Positions 39,248-49,689 of a stretch of 64,000 nucleotides of DNA are shown in pieces (position 1 is the stretch's first letter; each line of letters opens with the position of its first letter). Source of the DNA: Promethearchaeota archaeon (GTDB lineage: Archaea; Asgardarchaeota; Lokiarchaeia; Sigyniarchaeales; SOKP01); contig JAEOTP010000012.1 in assembly GCA_016839765.1 (NCBI GenBank), positions 32,001 to 96,000 on the forward strand, written 5' to 3'. The translations under genes were made by a program, and so were the position numbers. The notes beneath the pieces were generated by a model. It worked only from the letters and a program-made list of their open reading frames with translations. It did not search any database and was not told the origin of the DNA.

Positions 39248-40382
39248 GGTAAAGGGCATTATCTTATCTGGCGGATTTGGTACAAGGCTTAGACCGTTAA
39301 CATGTATGATTCCAAAATCTTTAATACCGGTTGTTAACAAGCCCGTTATTGAACGACAGATTTTATTATTGAAATCTTCTGGTGTTAAAGAAGTAGTTCT
39401 GGCTGTAAGTGTGATGTCAGATATTGTAAAAAATTATTTTAAAGATGGTAAGAAATTAGGAATTAAGATTAGTTATACAAATGAAAAGCATCCAATGGGG
39501 ACTGCGGGAGCAATAAAGCTAGCAGAGGCCTACTTAGAAAATGATAATTTTTTCATGTTAAATGGAGATGTAATTTTAAATTTTAATTTCAAGGATATGC
39601 TTAACTTTCATAAAAAATCAAATGGAATAGGTACAATTGCGAGTAAAATTGTAGAGGATCCATCTCCATATGGGGTTCTTATAGCTAACCCGGAAACTAA
39701 TCAACTCTATAAATTTCTTGAAAAAGATGAATATTCACCCCTAAATGGCAAAATTATTCCAATGCCAGTTAATGCGGGAGTATACATTTTAGAGCCAGAT
39801 ATTTTTTCTTATATTGAATCAAACAAAAAGGCCTCTATTGAAAAGGATATTTTCCCTAAAGTTCTTGTTGACAAGAAAGTATATCACTTTCCAATTACGG
39901 GTATTTGGAAAGATATTGGTAAGCCTTATGAGTTATTACAAGGAAGTATTTTATTAATGAATGATATTTTGAAAAATTTAAAAGGAAAAAGAAAGAGTTT
40001 AACTGATAATTCGGCTGATATTGCCCCAACTACGAAAATTTTTCCTCCTTGTACAATTGGAGAAAATGTTGTCATTCGAGGTATGTGTAAGATAGGACCC
40101 AATGTTATCATCGGAGATAATGTTTATATTGATGAAAGCACAATAATAAAAGAATCTTTGATATATAATGACACATATATCTCTAAAAATGTTGATATCC
40201 AAAGTTCAATAATTTCTGATAATTGCCTTATCGAAGATCGTGTTCAATTAAGAGGGAAAAATGAAAATCTGGTCATTTTAGCCTCTTATGTTAAAGTTTT
40301 AAGAAACATTAAGCTTATTGCTAAGGAAGGCGAATCTATTAATTTTTGTCATCACGTAGAAGTAAATGAAAGCCTAAATTGA
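39246..40382 (+). CDS. NDP-sugar pyrophosphorylase (mannose-1-phosphate guanylyltransferase-like)
   Basis: ILSGGFGTRLRPLT...PK, GTAGAI, NGDV, NAGVY, WKDIG, C-terminal left-handed beta-helix repeats. Confidence 0.93.
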   Translation: MVKGIILSGGFGTRLRPLTCMIPKSLIPVVNKPVIERQILLLKSSGVKEVVLAVSVMSDIVKNYFKDGKKLGIKISYTNEKHPMGTAGAIKLAEAYLENDNFFMLNGDVILNFNFKDMLNFHKKSNGIGTIASKIVEDPSPYGVLIANPETNQLYKFLEKDEYSPLNGKIIPMPVNAGVYILEPDIFSYIESNKKASIEKDIFPKVLVDKKVYHFPITGIWKDIGKPYELLQGSILLMNDILKNLKGKRKSLTDNSADIAPTTKIFPPCTIGENVVIRGMCKIGPNVIIGDNVYIDESTIIKESLIYNDTYISKNVDIQSSIISDNCLIEDRVQLRGKNENLVILASYVKVLRNIKLIAKEGESINFCHHVEVNESLN

Positions 40383-40428
40383 ACATTCTTTACTTTACGT
40401 TATTAAAAATAATTAATTACGAAAAATT

Positions 40429-41781
40429 TTGATTATGCCTAATCGCTTAAATCCAGAAATGATTCATAAAAAATTTCTTAGAAATGAGATAAGTAAAAAT
40501 GAATCCCTAAAATTACTGGAATCACTTATAAATGAAAGTGATAATGAAGAAATAAGAGCAAATGCAATTGAGGTTCTTGAACAATACTCACCAATAGGTA
40601 TCGGCATTTCCAAAGTTATTGAAAAGAGTTTAATTTCTGATGAATCTCCTTTAGTAAGAACCGCTGCTGCGAAATTGATTATTACAGCTAATATAGAAGG
40701 AGCACAAAATGCTTTATGGTGGCGAATTCAGAATGAAAAATCAATTTTGTTCTTTAAAAAAAGTTTGGATTTCACAGAACGCTCCCAAAATCCAGAAAAT
40801 GAAAAATTCAAAGAATATCTTTTAAAAAGATTAAACCAGATTTATAAGTTAAATGAAGCTGATTCTGAATTCATCTTAGAGTTAGATTATCATGATTATA
40901 AACATTTTGTAAGGGATTTTAAAGGTTTTTTATCAAAATTTGAAATTAGGGGAGAAGAAAGAAAAAAATTAATAAAAGAAAATACAGAAATCGGTTATAA
41001 AGGCTTAGGAAGAATAACCTCAGCAAAAGAAGGATATATTATAGGTTTAATTTTAAACGATCTTGAAGAAGTACCAAAATCCCTTCAAAATCTTTCAAAA
41101 TTGGAATATCTAGAGATTAACCGCTGCAAAATTGGAGACTTACCAGATTCATATGGATATCTCTCTCAAATTAAAAATCTGACTATTAAAAATAATGAAA
41201 TTGAATCAATTCCACAATGGGTATTATATATCTCTTCGACCGGTAGCTATACTGAAAAGTATGTTAAAAATGGAGTTAATTTCGAGGAAGCTTCAATATT
41301 GGGGCTATTAGAAATTTTTACAGGTCAAGCTTTTGTTAAATTAGAATTAGAGGCTTCATTTTTTCCATCACTACTATTTTATTATAAAATAAACCAAAAT
41401 GGTAATGTACTTGCCATACATCTATCATCTGAATTATCACGTATAGGTATATTTCCTAAAGAGATATGTAAATTAAGATTTTTAGAAGAATTGTGTATGG
41501 TAAATCAAAGTATCAAGAGTATTCCAAATTGTATTGGAGAATTAAAAGCTTTAAAAACTTTAAATTTGAGCTTTAATAAAATCAATGAAATTCCTAATTC
41601 TATAGGCAATTTAGAAAATTTAGAATATTTATATCTAAAAAATCATGAAGGGGAACAGATACTTAATCATATTACTGAAAATTTAATTAATTTAAGGCAA
41701 CTTAAGATTTTGGATTTAAGTGGAAATATTATAAGGAATTTACCAGAATCAATACAAAAATTAAATTCATTCAAAATTTAA
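40429..41781 (+). CDS. HEAT-repeat + leucine-rich-repeat protein
   Basis: N-terminal IRANAIEVL / DESPLVRTAAA HEAT motifs; LxxLxLxxNxIxxIP LRRs in two blocks. Confidence 0.88.
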   Translation: MIMPNRLNPEMIHKKFLRNEISKNESLKLLESLINESDNEEIRANAIEVLEQYSPIGIGISKVIEKSLISDESPLVRTAAAKLIITANIEGAQNALWWRIQNEKSILFFKKSLDFTERSQNPENEKFKEYLLKRLNQIYKLNEADSEFILELDYHDYKHFVRDFKGFLSKFEIRGEERKKLIKENTEIGYKGLGRITSAKEGYIIGLILNDLEEVPKSLQNLSKLEYLEINRCKIGDLPDSYGYLSQIKNLTIKNNEIESIPQWVLYISSTGSYTEKYVKNGVNFEEASILGLLEIFTGQAFVKLELEASFFPSLLFYYKINQNGNVLAIHLSSELSRIGIFPKEICKLRFLEELCMVNQSIKSIPNCIGELKALKTLNLSFNKINEIPNSIGNLENLEYLYLKNHEGEQILNHITENLINLRQLKILDLSGNIIRNLPESIQKLNSFKI

Positions 41782-41820
41782 ATTTTTACGATTAGTAGAT
41801 AAATAGCACATTACATGTTC

Positions 41821-42108
41821 TCAATCTTCTTTTTTCAATAAATTATTGTATTCTCCATCCATAATTCTCGCAATATAACGTCTTCCTTTTATAATCCACA
41901 TAATTTTATGTCCCTCTCGTGCCTTTTTTCCCCATTCCGACTTTTTTCTCCAATTTTGTTCTATGAAGCGATAACCGAAAAGGTCTAAGTATTTAATTCC
42001 ACTTGAAAATTTTTTAATAGGATATTCGATCTCATCAATTTCGACATTTTTTTTTCCTTCAAATATTGCCTTGTAAATCTTCAAACCTTTTATTTTCATC
42101 TCTTCCAT
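41821..42108 (-). CDS. Small basic hypothetical protein
   Basis: 95-aa ORF with a conserved-looking FIEQN..K.S.W...A.EGH.IMW segment. Confidence 0.7.
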   Translation of the reverse strand: MEEMKIKGLKIYKAIFEGKKNVEIDEIEYPIKKFSSGIKYLDLFGYRFIEQNWRKKSEWGKKAREGHKIMWIIKGRRYIARIMDGEYNNLLKKED

Positions 42109-42165
42109 TTCTATTCATTTTTCTTTTATACTTTTAAATTTTTTATTAATCTTTCACAATTCTTA

Positions 42166-43050
42166 TTGTTGGTTTTTTTTAATATACTATTTTGTGTTAT
42201 ATATATGAAACAAATTAAAACTTCATCCTTAGAGGATAGGGAATTTGATAGTAAAAATAGCAGGGATTCATACTCTATAATCTTATATTTTGTCTTAAGT
42301 TACATTATTTTTTGGGGGCTTGGTTATTTTTTTAGCCTGATTTTTGGAGCTGTATTATATGAAGATCATAATATTGCAATTAAGATTATTGTGTATATTT
42401 TACTAATACTCCCTGGAGCAGGACCTTTCTTATCAGCATTAATTGTAATAACAATAACAGAAGGAAAAGTGGGCTTAAAGAACTTTTTTAGACACTTGAT
42501 TAAAGTTAAAGTTAAGTTCTATTGGTATTTAATCGTTCTCATTTTTCCTATAATTGCTTATATAATCCCAAAATTATTTCTCTTACTGATGGGAAATACA
42601 ATCCAAGAAGTTTTTGTAGATAATATATCGTGGAATATATCTTGGATCGTTATTTTTGATCTGAGCATTGCGGGTATTCAAGAAGAACCTGGTTGGAGAG
42701 GATATGCTGTTCCAAAATTGAACTTAAAATTAAATCCAATTATAACGAGTTTCATAATTGGCATTTTATGGGCTTTCTGGCATTTCAATTTTTATTGGAG
42801 TGGAGTTAGATCAATGTCAAGCTTTCCTGAGTTTTTATTTTTGGTTATTATTTTATCATTTATTTATACATGGATTTACATAAATACTGAGAGCATACCG
42901 CTAGTAATAATCTTTCATGCAATGCATAACGTATGTGCTGGCATCTTTACAGATTTTCCTGGAACATTCTTTATTGCTTTGGTATATTTATTTTTTGTAA
43001 TTGCTATTCTAATAAAGTTTAGTTTAAAAATGCGGATTAAAACAAAGTAA
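42166..43050 (+). CDS. CPBP (CAAX/Abi) family intramembrane metalloprotease (true start probably ATG 42205)
   Basis: EEPGWRGY, WAFWH, FHAMHN. Confidence 0.92.
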   Translation: MLVFFNILFCVIYMKQIKTSSLEDREFDSKNSRDSYSIILYFVLSYIIFWGLGYFFSLIFGAVLYEDHNIAIKIIVYILLILPGAGPFLSALIVITITEGKVGLKNFFRHLIKVKVKFYWYLIVLIFPIIAYIIPKLFLLLMGNTIQEVFVDNISWNISWIVIFDLSIAGIQEEPGWRGYAVPKLNLKLNPIITSFIIGILWAFWHFNFYWSGVRSMSSFPEFLFLVIILSFIYTWIYINTESIPLVIIFHAMHNVCAGIFTDFPGTFFIALVYLFFVIAILIKFSLKMRIKTK

Positions 43051-43207
43051 TTAAGAAATAAAATTTGAGGCTAGTAAATTAAAAAAGCAATTAGATCATA
43101 CAAAATAATATCATAAAAGATTGGACTCCAATTTATTTTTATTTTCAATTAACGATCTTTTAATTAGGAATAAATTTTGTTAAATTAAAATAGAATTATG
43201 TAAGGAG

Positions 43208-43396
43208 ATGGATACCAAAATGGATGACAATGTAGAGTATTATGAATTTTTAAATTTTGTTCATGAAATTTCTAAAAAGCTAAAATCAATTCAGAAAGAC
43301 TCTACTATTATTATTTTTAGAAATTTTGATCTGTGTCTAGTTAAGAAGGAGTTAGATACAAAAATAGATGAACTAGATCAATTACTTTTAAAATGA
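43208..43396 (+). CDS. Small hypothetical protein (62 aa)
   Basis: AGGAG SD immediately upstream; helical, protein-like composition. Confidence 0.45.
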   Translation: MDTKMDDNVEYYEFLNFVHEISKKLKSIQKDSTIIIFRNFDLCLVKKELDTKIDELDQLLLK

Positions 43397-43431
43397 CATC
43401 CATCTCCTGTGATAAATTGTATCCTTTTATA

Positions 43432-44031
43432 CTATTCTAATTTTAATTTTTTCGCTATTAGTTCTAAATAAGATTCTCTAATTGAATCGGTTTTGGATAT
43501 TCCAAATTTTTTTAGAAATTCAAAAAGTTTTTCTTTTACAAGAGGTACTTCTTTTTTAGATTCTACGATTACCTCTGCCTCCATGAAATGTTGATTTAGA
43601 ATTGGTAAAAAATCAATTAATACCTCAATTTTTTCGTTTTTAAAATTGAATTCATACAATTCTCGTTCCTTTTTTACTGTAAAAATTTCCCCAAATCCTA
43701 AATTTTCAAATAATTCTTTCATTTTTTCTAAATTCTTTATTTCAACTTCGATTTCTTCACGTGTTTTGGTGGTTTGATCGATTTTTTTTCCTTTATAAGT
43801 AATAAAAGATCGTATTAACGTTGCATTCTCTTTATTATTCTTATTAAATTCAATAGATTTCCTTAATCGAAGGGCTTCATCAGTTTTTTTAAAATCTCTT
43901 AATCTCCTTGGCATGTTGAAATATGTATCCTCATGGTCTAGAGATATTATATATTTTCCATTTAATTTTTTTAAATTTTCTTTTAATGAATCTGGATTTG
44001 AAATTGCTACTTTTATCTCAACTTCAATCAT
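43432..44031 (-). CDS. cyaB: CYTH domain protein / class IV adenylate cyclase-like
   Basis: EVEIK, D.YF, DEALRLR, TYKG.K, REE.E, V.K.R..Y, F.E.E, SYLEL. Confidence 0.92.
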   Translation of the reverse strand: MIEVEIKVAISNPDSLKENLKKLNGKYIISLDHEDTYFNMPRRLRDFKKTDEALRLRKSIEFNKNNKENATLIRSFITYKGKKIDQTTKTREEIEVEIKNLEKMKELFENLGFGEIFTVKKERELYEFNFKNEKIEVLIDFLPILNQHFMEAEVIVESKKEVPLVKEKLFEFLKKFGISKTDSIRESYLELIAKKLKLE

Positions 44032-44135
44032 AACTTTACCTATTTCTATTGCAATAACAAATATAATTCATTATTTTTTATTAAATATTAATAGAAAATT
44101 ATTGAGTTGAGAGTTTAATATCTATACATGAAAAT

Positions 44136-45083
44136 ATGATTAATGAACTTGCTCAAAATTTTGGATATCATCCTTATATGATTAAAAGATATCTTCAATT
44201 TCTGGGAGAAAACAATACAAAGAAACTGTTAGAAGCAAATGAAAAACCATTAAATCCCTCTATTAGAGTCAATACTCTAAAAATTTCAGTCGCTAGATTA
44301 AAAGAAAGACTCGAAAGTAAAGACTTTAAATTAAGATCTATTGAGCAGGTTCCCTATGGATTTGAAGTTATAGAATCCAAATTAAATTTAGGTTCTACCC
44401 ATGAATATTTGCAAGGATACTATTATTTGCAAAACATTGCTTCTATGTTTCCTGCTTTAATACTTGATCCTAAACCAGGGGATCTGGTTATAGATATGTG
44501 TGCTGCTCCAGGGAGTAAATCTACACATTTAGCCCAGATTATGGAAGATGAAGGAACCTTAATTCTAATTGAAAAAAATAGAAATAGAATTCCCTCCTTA
44601 GAATTAAACCTACGTAGGATGGGAATTTCAAATTCACTAATCTTGAATTTGGATGCCGTAAAATTGCAACAATTAGGAATTAAAGCTGATAAAGTATTAT
44701 TAGATGCTCCTTGTACAGGTGAAGGTCTAATTAGAGAAGATCCAAGTAGAAAAAAAAGTAAGTCAATGAAAGATATAAATAAAATGGCATCAATCCAAAA
44801 AAGGTTGCTGAATGCTGGTTTAAAAACTCTAAATCCTGGTGGAAAACTATTATATAGTACATGCTCAATAGCACCTGAAGAAAATGAATTTGTTATTAAT
44901 GAAGTGCTTCAAAATTTATCTAACTATTCTATTAATAAAATTGGTAATCAATATGGCACTAATGGGCTTACTAAGGTATTTGGCCATTCTTTAAGGAGTG
45001 ATATTAAATTTTCTCAACGTCTTTATCCTCATTTACATAATACTATTGGCTTTTATTTATGCCTAATAAAAAAAGATCACTAA
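44136..45083 (+). CDS. RsmB/NOP2 family RNA m5C methyltransferase
   Basis: IRVNTLK, DMCAAPGSKST, LLDAPCTGEG, YSTCSI.PEENE. Confidence 0.95.
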   Translation: MINELAQNFGYHPYMIKRYLQFLGENNTKKLLEANEKPLNPSIRVNTLKISVARLKERLESKDFKLRSIEQVPYGFEVIESKLNLGSTHEYLQGYYYLQNIASMFPALILDPKPGDLVIDMCAAPGSKSTHLAQIMEDEGTLILIEKNRNRIPSLELNLRRMGISNSLILNLDAVKLQQLGIKADKVLLDAPCTGEGLIREDPSRKKSKSMKDINKMASIQKRLLNAGLKTLNPGGKLLYSTCSIAPEENEFVINEVLQNLSNYSINKIGNQYGTNGLTKVFGHSLRSDIKFSQRLYPHLHNTIGFYLCLIKKDH

Positions 45084-45206
45084 TTCTACAGACAATCCCG
45101 TCAAATAGTCTTTTATTGCAAAACATATCAATATTGCATTGCTAAGACTTTATATTATAATAATGCATAATTATTAATTATAAAAAAATTAGGGTGTAGA
45201 AATATA

Positions 45207-48200
45207 TTGAAATTAAAATCCAAATTTAAGCTTCATTTTATTGTAGTTGTTTTAATTTTAAGTGGACTTCTTTTATTAACAGTACCTTCTTCTAAAAAAG
45301 TAGATAAAAATGATGATAACTCAGAAAAAATTGATATTAAGGCGGAGAAACCTAAATCATCTACTTCTGGAATTGATTTTCTTTATGCAGATAAAGATAT
45401 TATAAAAGGTAATCAAACTGATGGAATTCTATGGGATGAAAATAATATCAGAGAAGTAGATGGAACTTATGATTCAACAGATTTTGCATTAGGCAATTCT
45501 TATAATTTTTTAGAAAAAGAGGTTTCCCCTCTAACAATTCCTATACATACAGGGACTTTTGGAAGCACTGATGGAGGTGATTGGAATTTCACGGATACTT
45601 ATAAAGAGAAAGATTATGAATATATCTACCTTAGAGCAGCGGGAGGAAGTGATTTTCCGGGAATAATTAAATTGAAATGGGGTGAATATAGCGATTTTAG
45701 TAATATTACAGCTAAACAAGTAGATTCCATTTCTCTTCGTTATGAAGTTACGCCCTTTTTATATCCTAGTAATGGTTTAGATCAATCTACAAACTTAAGT
45801 ATTTGGGCTTTTGCTGATGATGGATCAAATCAATATGAAGTAATTGATTTATACCCAACGAATAAGCGGATTTATACAGATTGGTGGAATATTACTCAAG
45901 GATCTGTATTTGATAGAGTAAAAGAGGGAGGTTATATTAAGTATCTACAACTGTCAATGAATTGCAGTGAAGAAATATGGAGTACGGTCATTTTACATTT
46001 CGATTTTGTTCACATCTACTATAACTATCATAAATATGATGTTCAAGTTGATTATACTTTAAATTATGGAAATTACACTCTTAGTGATGTACCAAAATTT
46101 GATTTAAATATACAAATGGATGAAACTGTAATAGGATTAGAGATTAAGTTATACAATTTCGCTAATTTAGAGTGGGATTCAATGGGGACAATAGATGGTA
46201 TTGAATTGATAAAAAAAGAAATCCTCATAAATGGAACACATTATTTTAATGGAACAAAAAGCATTAAACTTAAATTTGTAAAATTTAATTATTTTGATAC
46301 TCGCTCTTGGAGTGAATATCAAATAGAGCCAAACATGATTAAAGTAACACTTTATCCTCCAGAACCGCCCGATAATTTTCGAGCGAAAAACGGTGCTGCA
46401 CATATTTTACTAAATTGGGATTCAGCAATCACAAATGGACCGCCACTTATGAATTATAACATATATCGGGGAGAAGTAGCTGGCGGTCCGAAAACTCTCA
46501 TAACTACAACAATAACTAATCAATATAACGATACTGGAGTTGTAATTGGTACTAGGTATTACTATGTTGTTAGTGCTACAACCATTGTGGGAATAAGTGA
46601 GAATTCTACAGAGGATTCAGGTAGAGCCTATGAACAACCCTTTATAGAATGGATAACTCCGGTAAACAATACACATATAATCCTTCCTAAAGGTGATCCT
46701 ACAACTTTTACTTTTGAATATGATTGGGTTGAAATGGATGACGCAGAACTGGAACTCGATTATGGAACATTTCAAAGAACTTATAATGTGTGGAATAAAA
46801 CTTCAATAGATATTGATGTGCTAAACGATTATGAAGATGGAAGTATAATCGCTACTCTAACTGGCAAAAATCAGAGCATTGTTTTAGACACAGACATCAT
46901 CCAATTAACGTTTGTTAGACTGTTAGATGAAATAATGGATACAGTTAATCAAAGCACAATACCTTTAGGACAACAACTCTATATGGTTCTCCATGATCCT
47001 AATGGTGATAATAGCTATTCTAATTTTTCTGAAACCTCAGTGCTTTCAATAGGGGTTGGTCTTGGGGCATTAACTGTAGTAGGAGAAAATTTTGGAATTG
47101 AATACTTTTATGGATATTGTGGTACTGATACAGGAGCTTCTTTATTATTAGAAAATAAAATGACTGCTGAAACGGGTTTTGATTTTCGATATGAAATAAT
47201 AGACGCTACAAATTTAACATCAAGTCAAGTATATGATGATCCAGATTATATTGGCCCAGGGTATGGAGATAGATATTGGGGTGAAACTTGGATATTAAAA
47301 TGGGTACTCAATGCTACCGAGAAAACTTATTCTAATGGAACTCATCGATGGGAGAACCCCGTTTTATATTATGGAATTATCAGAGGAGTTGAAACATTTG
47401 CAGGTGATTTTGATGCCCCACCAGAATGGAAATCTCAAAATGCCATTTATAATGGCTCAATACCTGTAAATTGGCTTGGAATGTTTATGGAAAGTGGAGG
47501 AGCACCCTATACTTCTACCCATCAAGTTAGTGAAACTCTGACAAGAAAAGACTCATTTGAATTATACTTTGGGTCAGATGCTACATTGAAATTACCTTAT
47601 ATTGCAACAAATGCTACTTTTGAGATGAGCATTAAAAATTACGCAGAAACAGGGGTAGGGAATATCCATGAAGCAAGTTATAAAATCTATGATGATGAAC
47701 CTGATGATTTTATTGTTCACCAACTGGGTATCGATGAAAGATTTGGTACTTATATTTTTAACTCCTCAAGATTTTTCTGTGAAACCTCTCTCCCGCTTGA
47801 GCATAATACTTTCGATTATCGCCCTCCCGATATAGATTATCCTGTAGTAGATCTAGATTCAAATGATGATGGGTATGGACCCACAAACGAGGATTTTCCT
47901 GTCATAACTGTCGATATATTTGAAGAAAATGGAATGCAAGACGTAGTTATTCGGTATTCTATTAATAATGGATCTTTTTGGGATGTTATCTATCTTTCAG
48001 AACTGTCTGGGCAAGTTGGAACATGGCAAGGAACGATCTCAAATCAAACTCTTAATACGACTGTACTATGGTACATTCAAGCATGGGATAATCAAGGTAA
48101 TTATGCAATTCGATATAATTATTCAGTAACACCATTTAAATATACTGTAATTCAAAAACCTGCTGAACCTACTGAGACAGAAACTCCAACAGGAATTCCC

Positions 48201-48293
48201 TACCCGCTCATAACAATAGTACCAATCATGATTGTGTCTGTCATAACAATTACTATAATTTACTATAAAAAGACCAAAAAAAATAAGGAATAA
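45207..48293 (+). CDS. Large secreted/cell-surface protein with an FN3 domain, N-terminal signal/TM and C-terminal TM anchor
   Basis: N-terminal hydrophobic segment; FN3 PEPP..F.A......LNW......YNIYRG...YND..V..G..YYY.VSA; many NxS/T sequons; PT-rich linker, TM and KK tail. Confidence 0.85.
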   Translation: MKLKSKFKLHFIVVVLILSGLLLLTVPSSKKVDKNDDNSEKIDIKAEKPKSSTSGIDFLYADKDIIKGNQTDGILWDENNIREVDGTYDSTDFALGNSYNFLEKEVSPLTIPIHTGTFGSTDGGDWNFTDTYKEKDYEYIYLRAAGGSDFPGIIKLKWGEYSDFSNITAKQVDSISLRYEVTPFLYPSNGLDQSTNLSIWAFADDGSNQYEVIDLYPTNKRIYTDWWNITQGSVFDRVKEGGYIKYLQLSMNCSEEIWSTVILHFDFVHIYYNYHKYDVQVDYTLNYGNYTLSDVPKFDLNIQMDETVIGLEIKLYNFANLEWDSMGTIDGIELIKKEILINGTHYFNGTKSIKLKFVKFNYFDTRSWSEYQIEPNMIKVTLYPPEPPDNFRAKNGAAHILLNWDSAITNGPPLMNYNIYRGEVAGGPKTLITTTITNQYNDTGVVIGTRYYYVVSATTIVGISENSTEDSGRAYEQPFIEWITPVNNTHIILPKGDPTTFTFEYDWVEMDDAELELDYGTFQRTYNVWNKTSIDIDVLNDYEDGSIIATLTGKNQSIVLDTDIIQLTFVRLLDEIMDTVNQSTIPLGQQLYMVLHDPNGDNSYSNFSETSVLSIGVGLGALTVVGENFGIEYFYGYCGTDTGASLLLENKMTAETGFDFRYEIIDATNLTSSQVYDDPDYIGPGYGDRYWGETWILKWVLNATEKTYSNGTHRWENPVLYYGIIRGVETFAGDFDAPPEWKSQNAIYNGSIPVNWLGMFMESGGAPYTSTHQVSETLTRKDSFELYFGSDATLKLPYIATNATFEMSIKNYAETGVGNIHEASYKIYDDEPDDFIVHQLGIDERFGTYIFNSSRFFCETSLPLEHNTFDYRPPDIDYPVVDLDSNDDGYGPTNEDFPVITVDIFEENGMQDVVIRYSINNGSFWDVIYLSELSGQVGTWQGTISNQTLNTTVLWYIQAWDNQGNYAIRYNYSVTPFKYTVIQKPAEPTETETPTGIPYPLITIVPIMIVSVITITIIYYKKTKKNKE

Positions 48294-48308
48294 ATTACCC
48301 TTTTTTTA

Positions 48309-48938
48309 TTATTGATTTTTTCGTAAATAGTATCCTTTATCAATCAAATTTAAAGCGATTAAATCATCTGATTCAAGATTATAGAAATTATTTCCTTCAA
48401 CTTTTGTAATACCAATTGCTATTATCTCTTTTAGTTCATTTAAAACTACTACTAGGTCATTTATTTTTAATTCCATCGAAATGTTCGATACCATCTTTTT
48501 TAAGATATTATTTCCATAAAGAATTGATTTTTCACCTTGTATATTAACAATTATTTGATTTTTTTCAAGGATGTATTTATTTCTATATAAAAATTCAGCT
48601 CCTTCTAAACTTAAAAAGAAAAACCCTTTCTTTATAAAGCCAAAATAAAGCCCCATTGAATAACTATAAGAAGTTAATTGAAGTAATTGTTTTAAATCCT
48701 TGTTCCTGGGTTTAATTAAATAAATTGGAAGTTGATTACCCTTAATAACTGGAGAATTTAAAAGTATATACAAATCATATAATTTTTCATCCAATATTGA
48801 TATAAATTTAATTGAGATTTGAGAAAGAGAATTTGCAATAATATTTTTTTCATAATTATTAATAGGTCTAAAATTTTTTGAATCATTCATAATTGATTTA
48901 AATGAAAAGAAATAAGTAGATTTATTAATATTAATCAA
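48309..48938 (-). CDS. nip7: NIP7-like ribosome biogenesis protein (PUA domain); probable start ATG 48890
   Basis: SMGLYFG...K..F.LSLEG, GEKSILYGN.I.K, VVVLN...E.IAIG, DKGYYLR. Confidence 0.85.
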   Translation of the reverse strand: MININKSTYFFSFKSIMNDSKNFRPINNYEKNIIANSLSQISIKFISILDEKLYDLYILLNSPVIKGNQLPIYLIKPRNKDLKQLLQLTSYSYSMGLYFGFIKKGFFFLSLEGAEFLYRNKYILEKNQIIVNIQGEKSILYGNNILKKMVSNISMELKINDLVVVLNELKEIIAIGITKVEGNNFYNLESDDLIALNLIDKGYYLRKNQ

Positions 48939-48956
48939 ATAAGATATTAAAAAATA

Positions 48957-49685
48957 GTGTTAAGAAAGATGGGTATTCGAAAAATAGAAGATGAAATTGA
49001 TCTAAAAGAAGCTATGAAGAAAAAGGCAGCAGAATTAAGGTTGAAAGACATCCAAGCTAAAGCAGCTGCAGAAAAGTTTACAAAAGAAAGATTAAGAGAA
49101 CTGGCTAAAAAACATGGTGTAATATTAGCTCTAACTCCAGAATTGAAGGAGGAAGTAAAATATTTGCAAAAACTATACAAGATTCCCACTTCAAAAATTA
49201 TAATAGAACAAATTACGGAACATGATGTAATTAAGAAATCGTCTAAAATTGACCATGAAAAGTTGGGTATGTTAGCTTATCAAAGAGTTCTTATGCAAAA
49301 AGAAGAAATTGGAGCGGGAGTATTACCAATCTCAGAAGTTTTTGATATTATTAACACTGGAATATTAAAGGGTAATGTTGAGATAAAAGATCTCAAAAAA
49401 GCTTTAAGAATATTAAAGAAGTATAATGTAATTGACGATTTACAGGAGTTAGATTCCGGTACTATGATGATTAGATTCTTTCCAGTTCAATATACAAGTG
49501 ATCAAATAAAAGTTATTGAAGTAGCTAAAGAAAATGGTTTTGTATCTCTTGAAGACGTATGTGTGAATCTAAATTGGCCTCAGGACAGAGCTTTAAAGGC
49601 CTTAAAATCACTTGAGGAAAGTGGAATAGCAAAATTTAGGGAATCCCTATTAAAAGGTAAACAATGGTATTTTCCATCGATGTAA
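48957..49685 (+). CDS. ESCRT-II EAP30-domain protein (Vps22/Vps36-like); probable start ATG 48969
   Basis: MGI..I start, GVLPISEV, D..KAL..L, P...TSDQ..V...A..NG.VS.......L.W...RA...L..L...G tandem winged helices; lies in the ESCRT cluster. Confidence 0.85.
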   Translation: MLRKMGIRKIEDEIDLKEAMKKKAAELRLKDIQAKAAAEKFTKERLRELAKKHGVILALTPELKEEVKYLQKLYKIPTSKIIIEQITEHDVIKKSSKIDHEKLGMLAYQRVLMQKEEIGAGVLPISEVFDIINTGILKGNVEIKDLKKALRILKKYNVIDDLQELDSGTMMIRFFPVQYTSDQIKVIEVAKENGFVSLEDVCVNLNWPQDRALKALKSLEESGIAKFRESLLKGKQWYFPSM

Positions 49686-49689
49686 AAAT

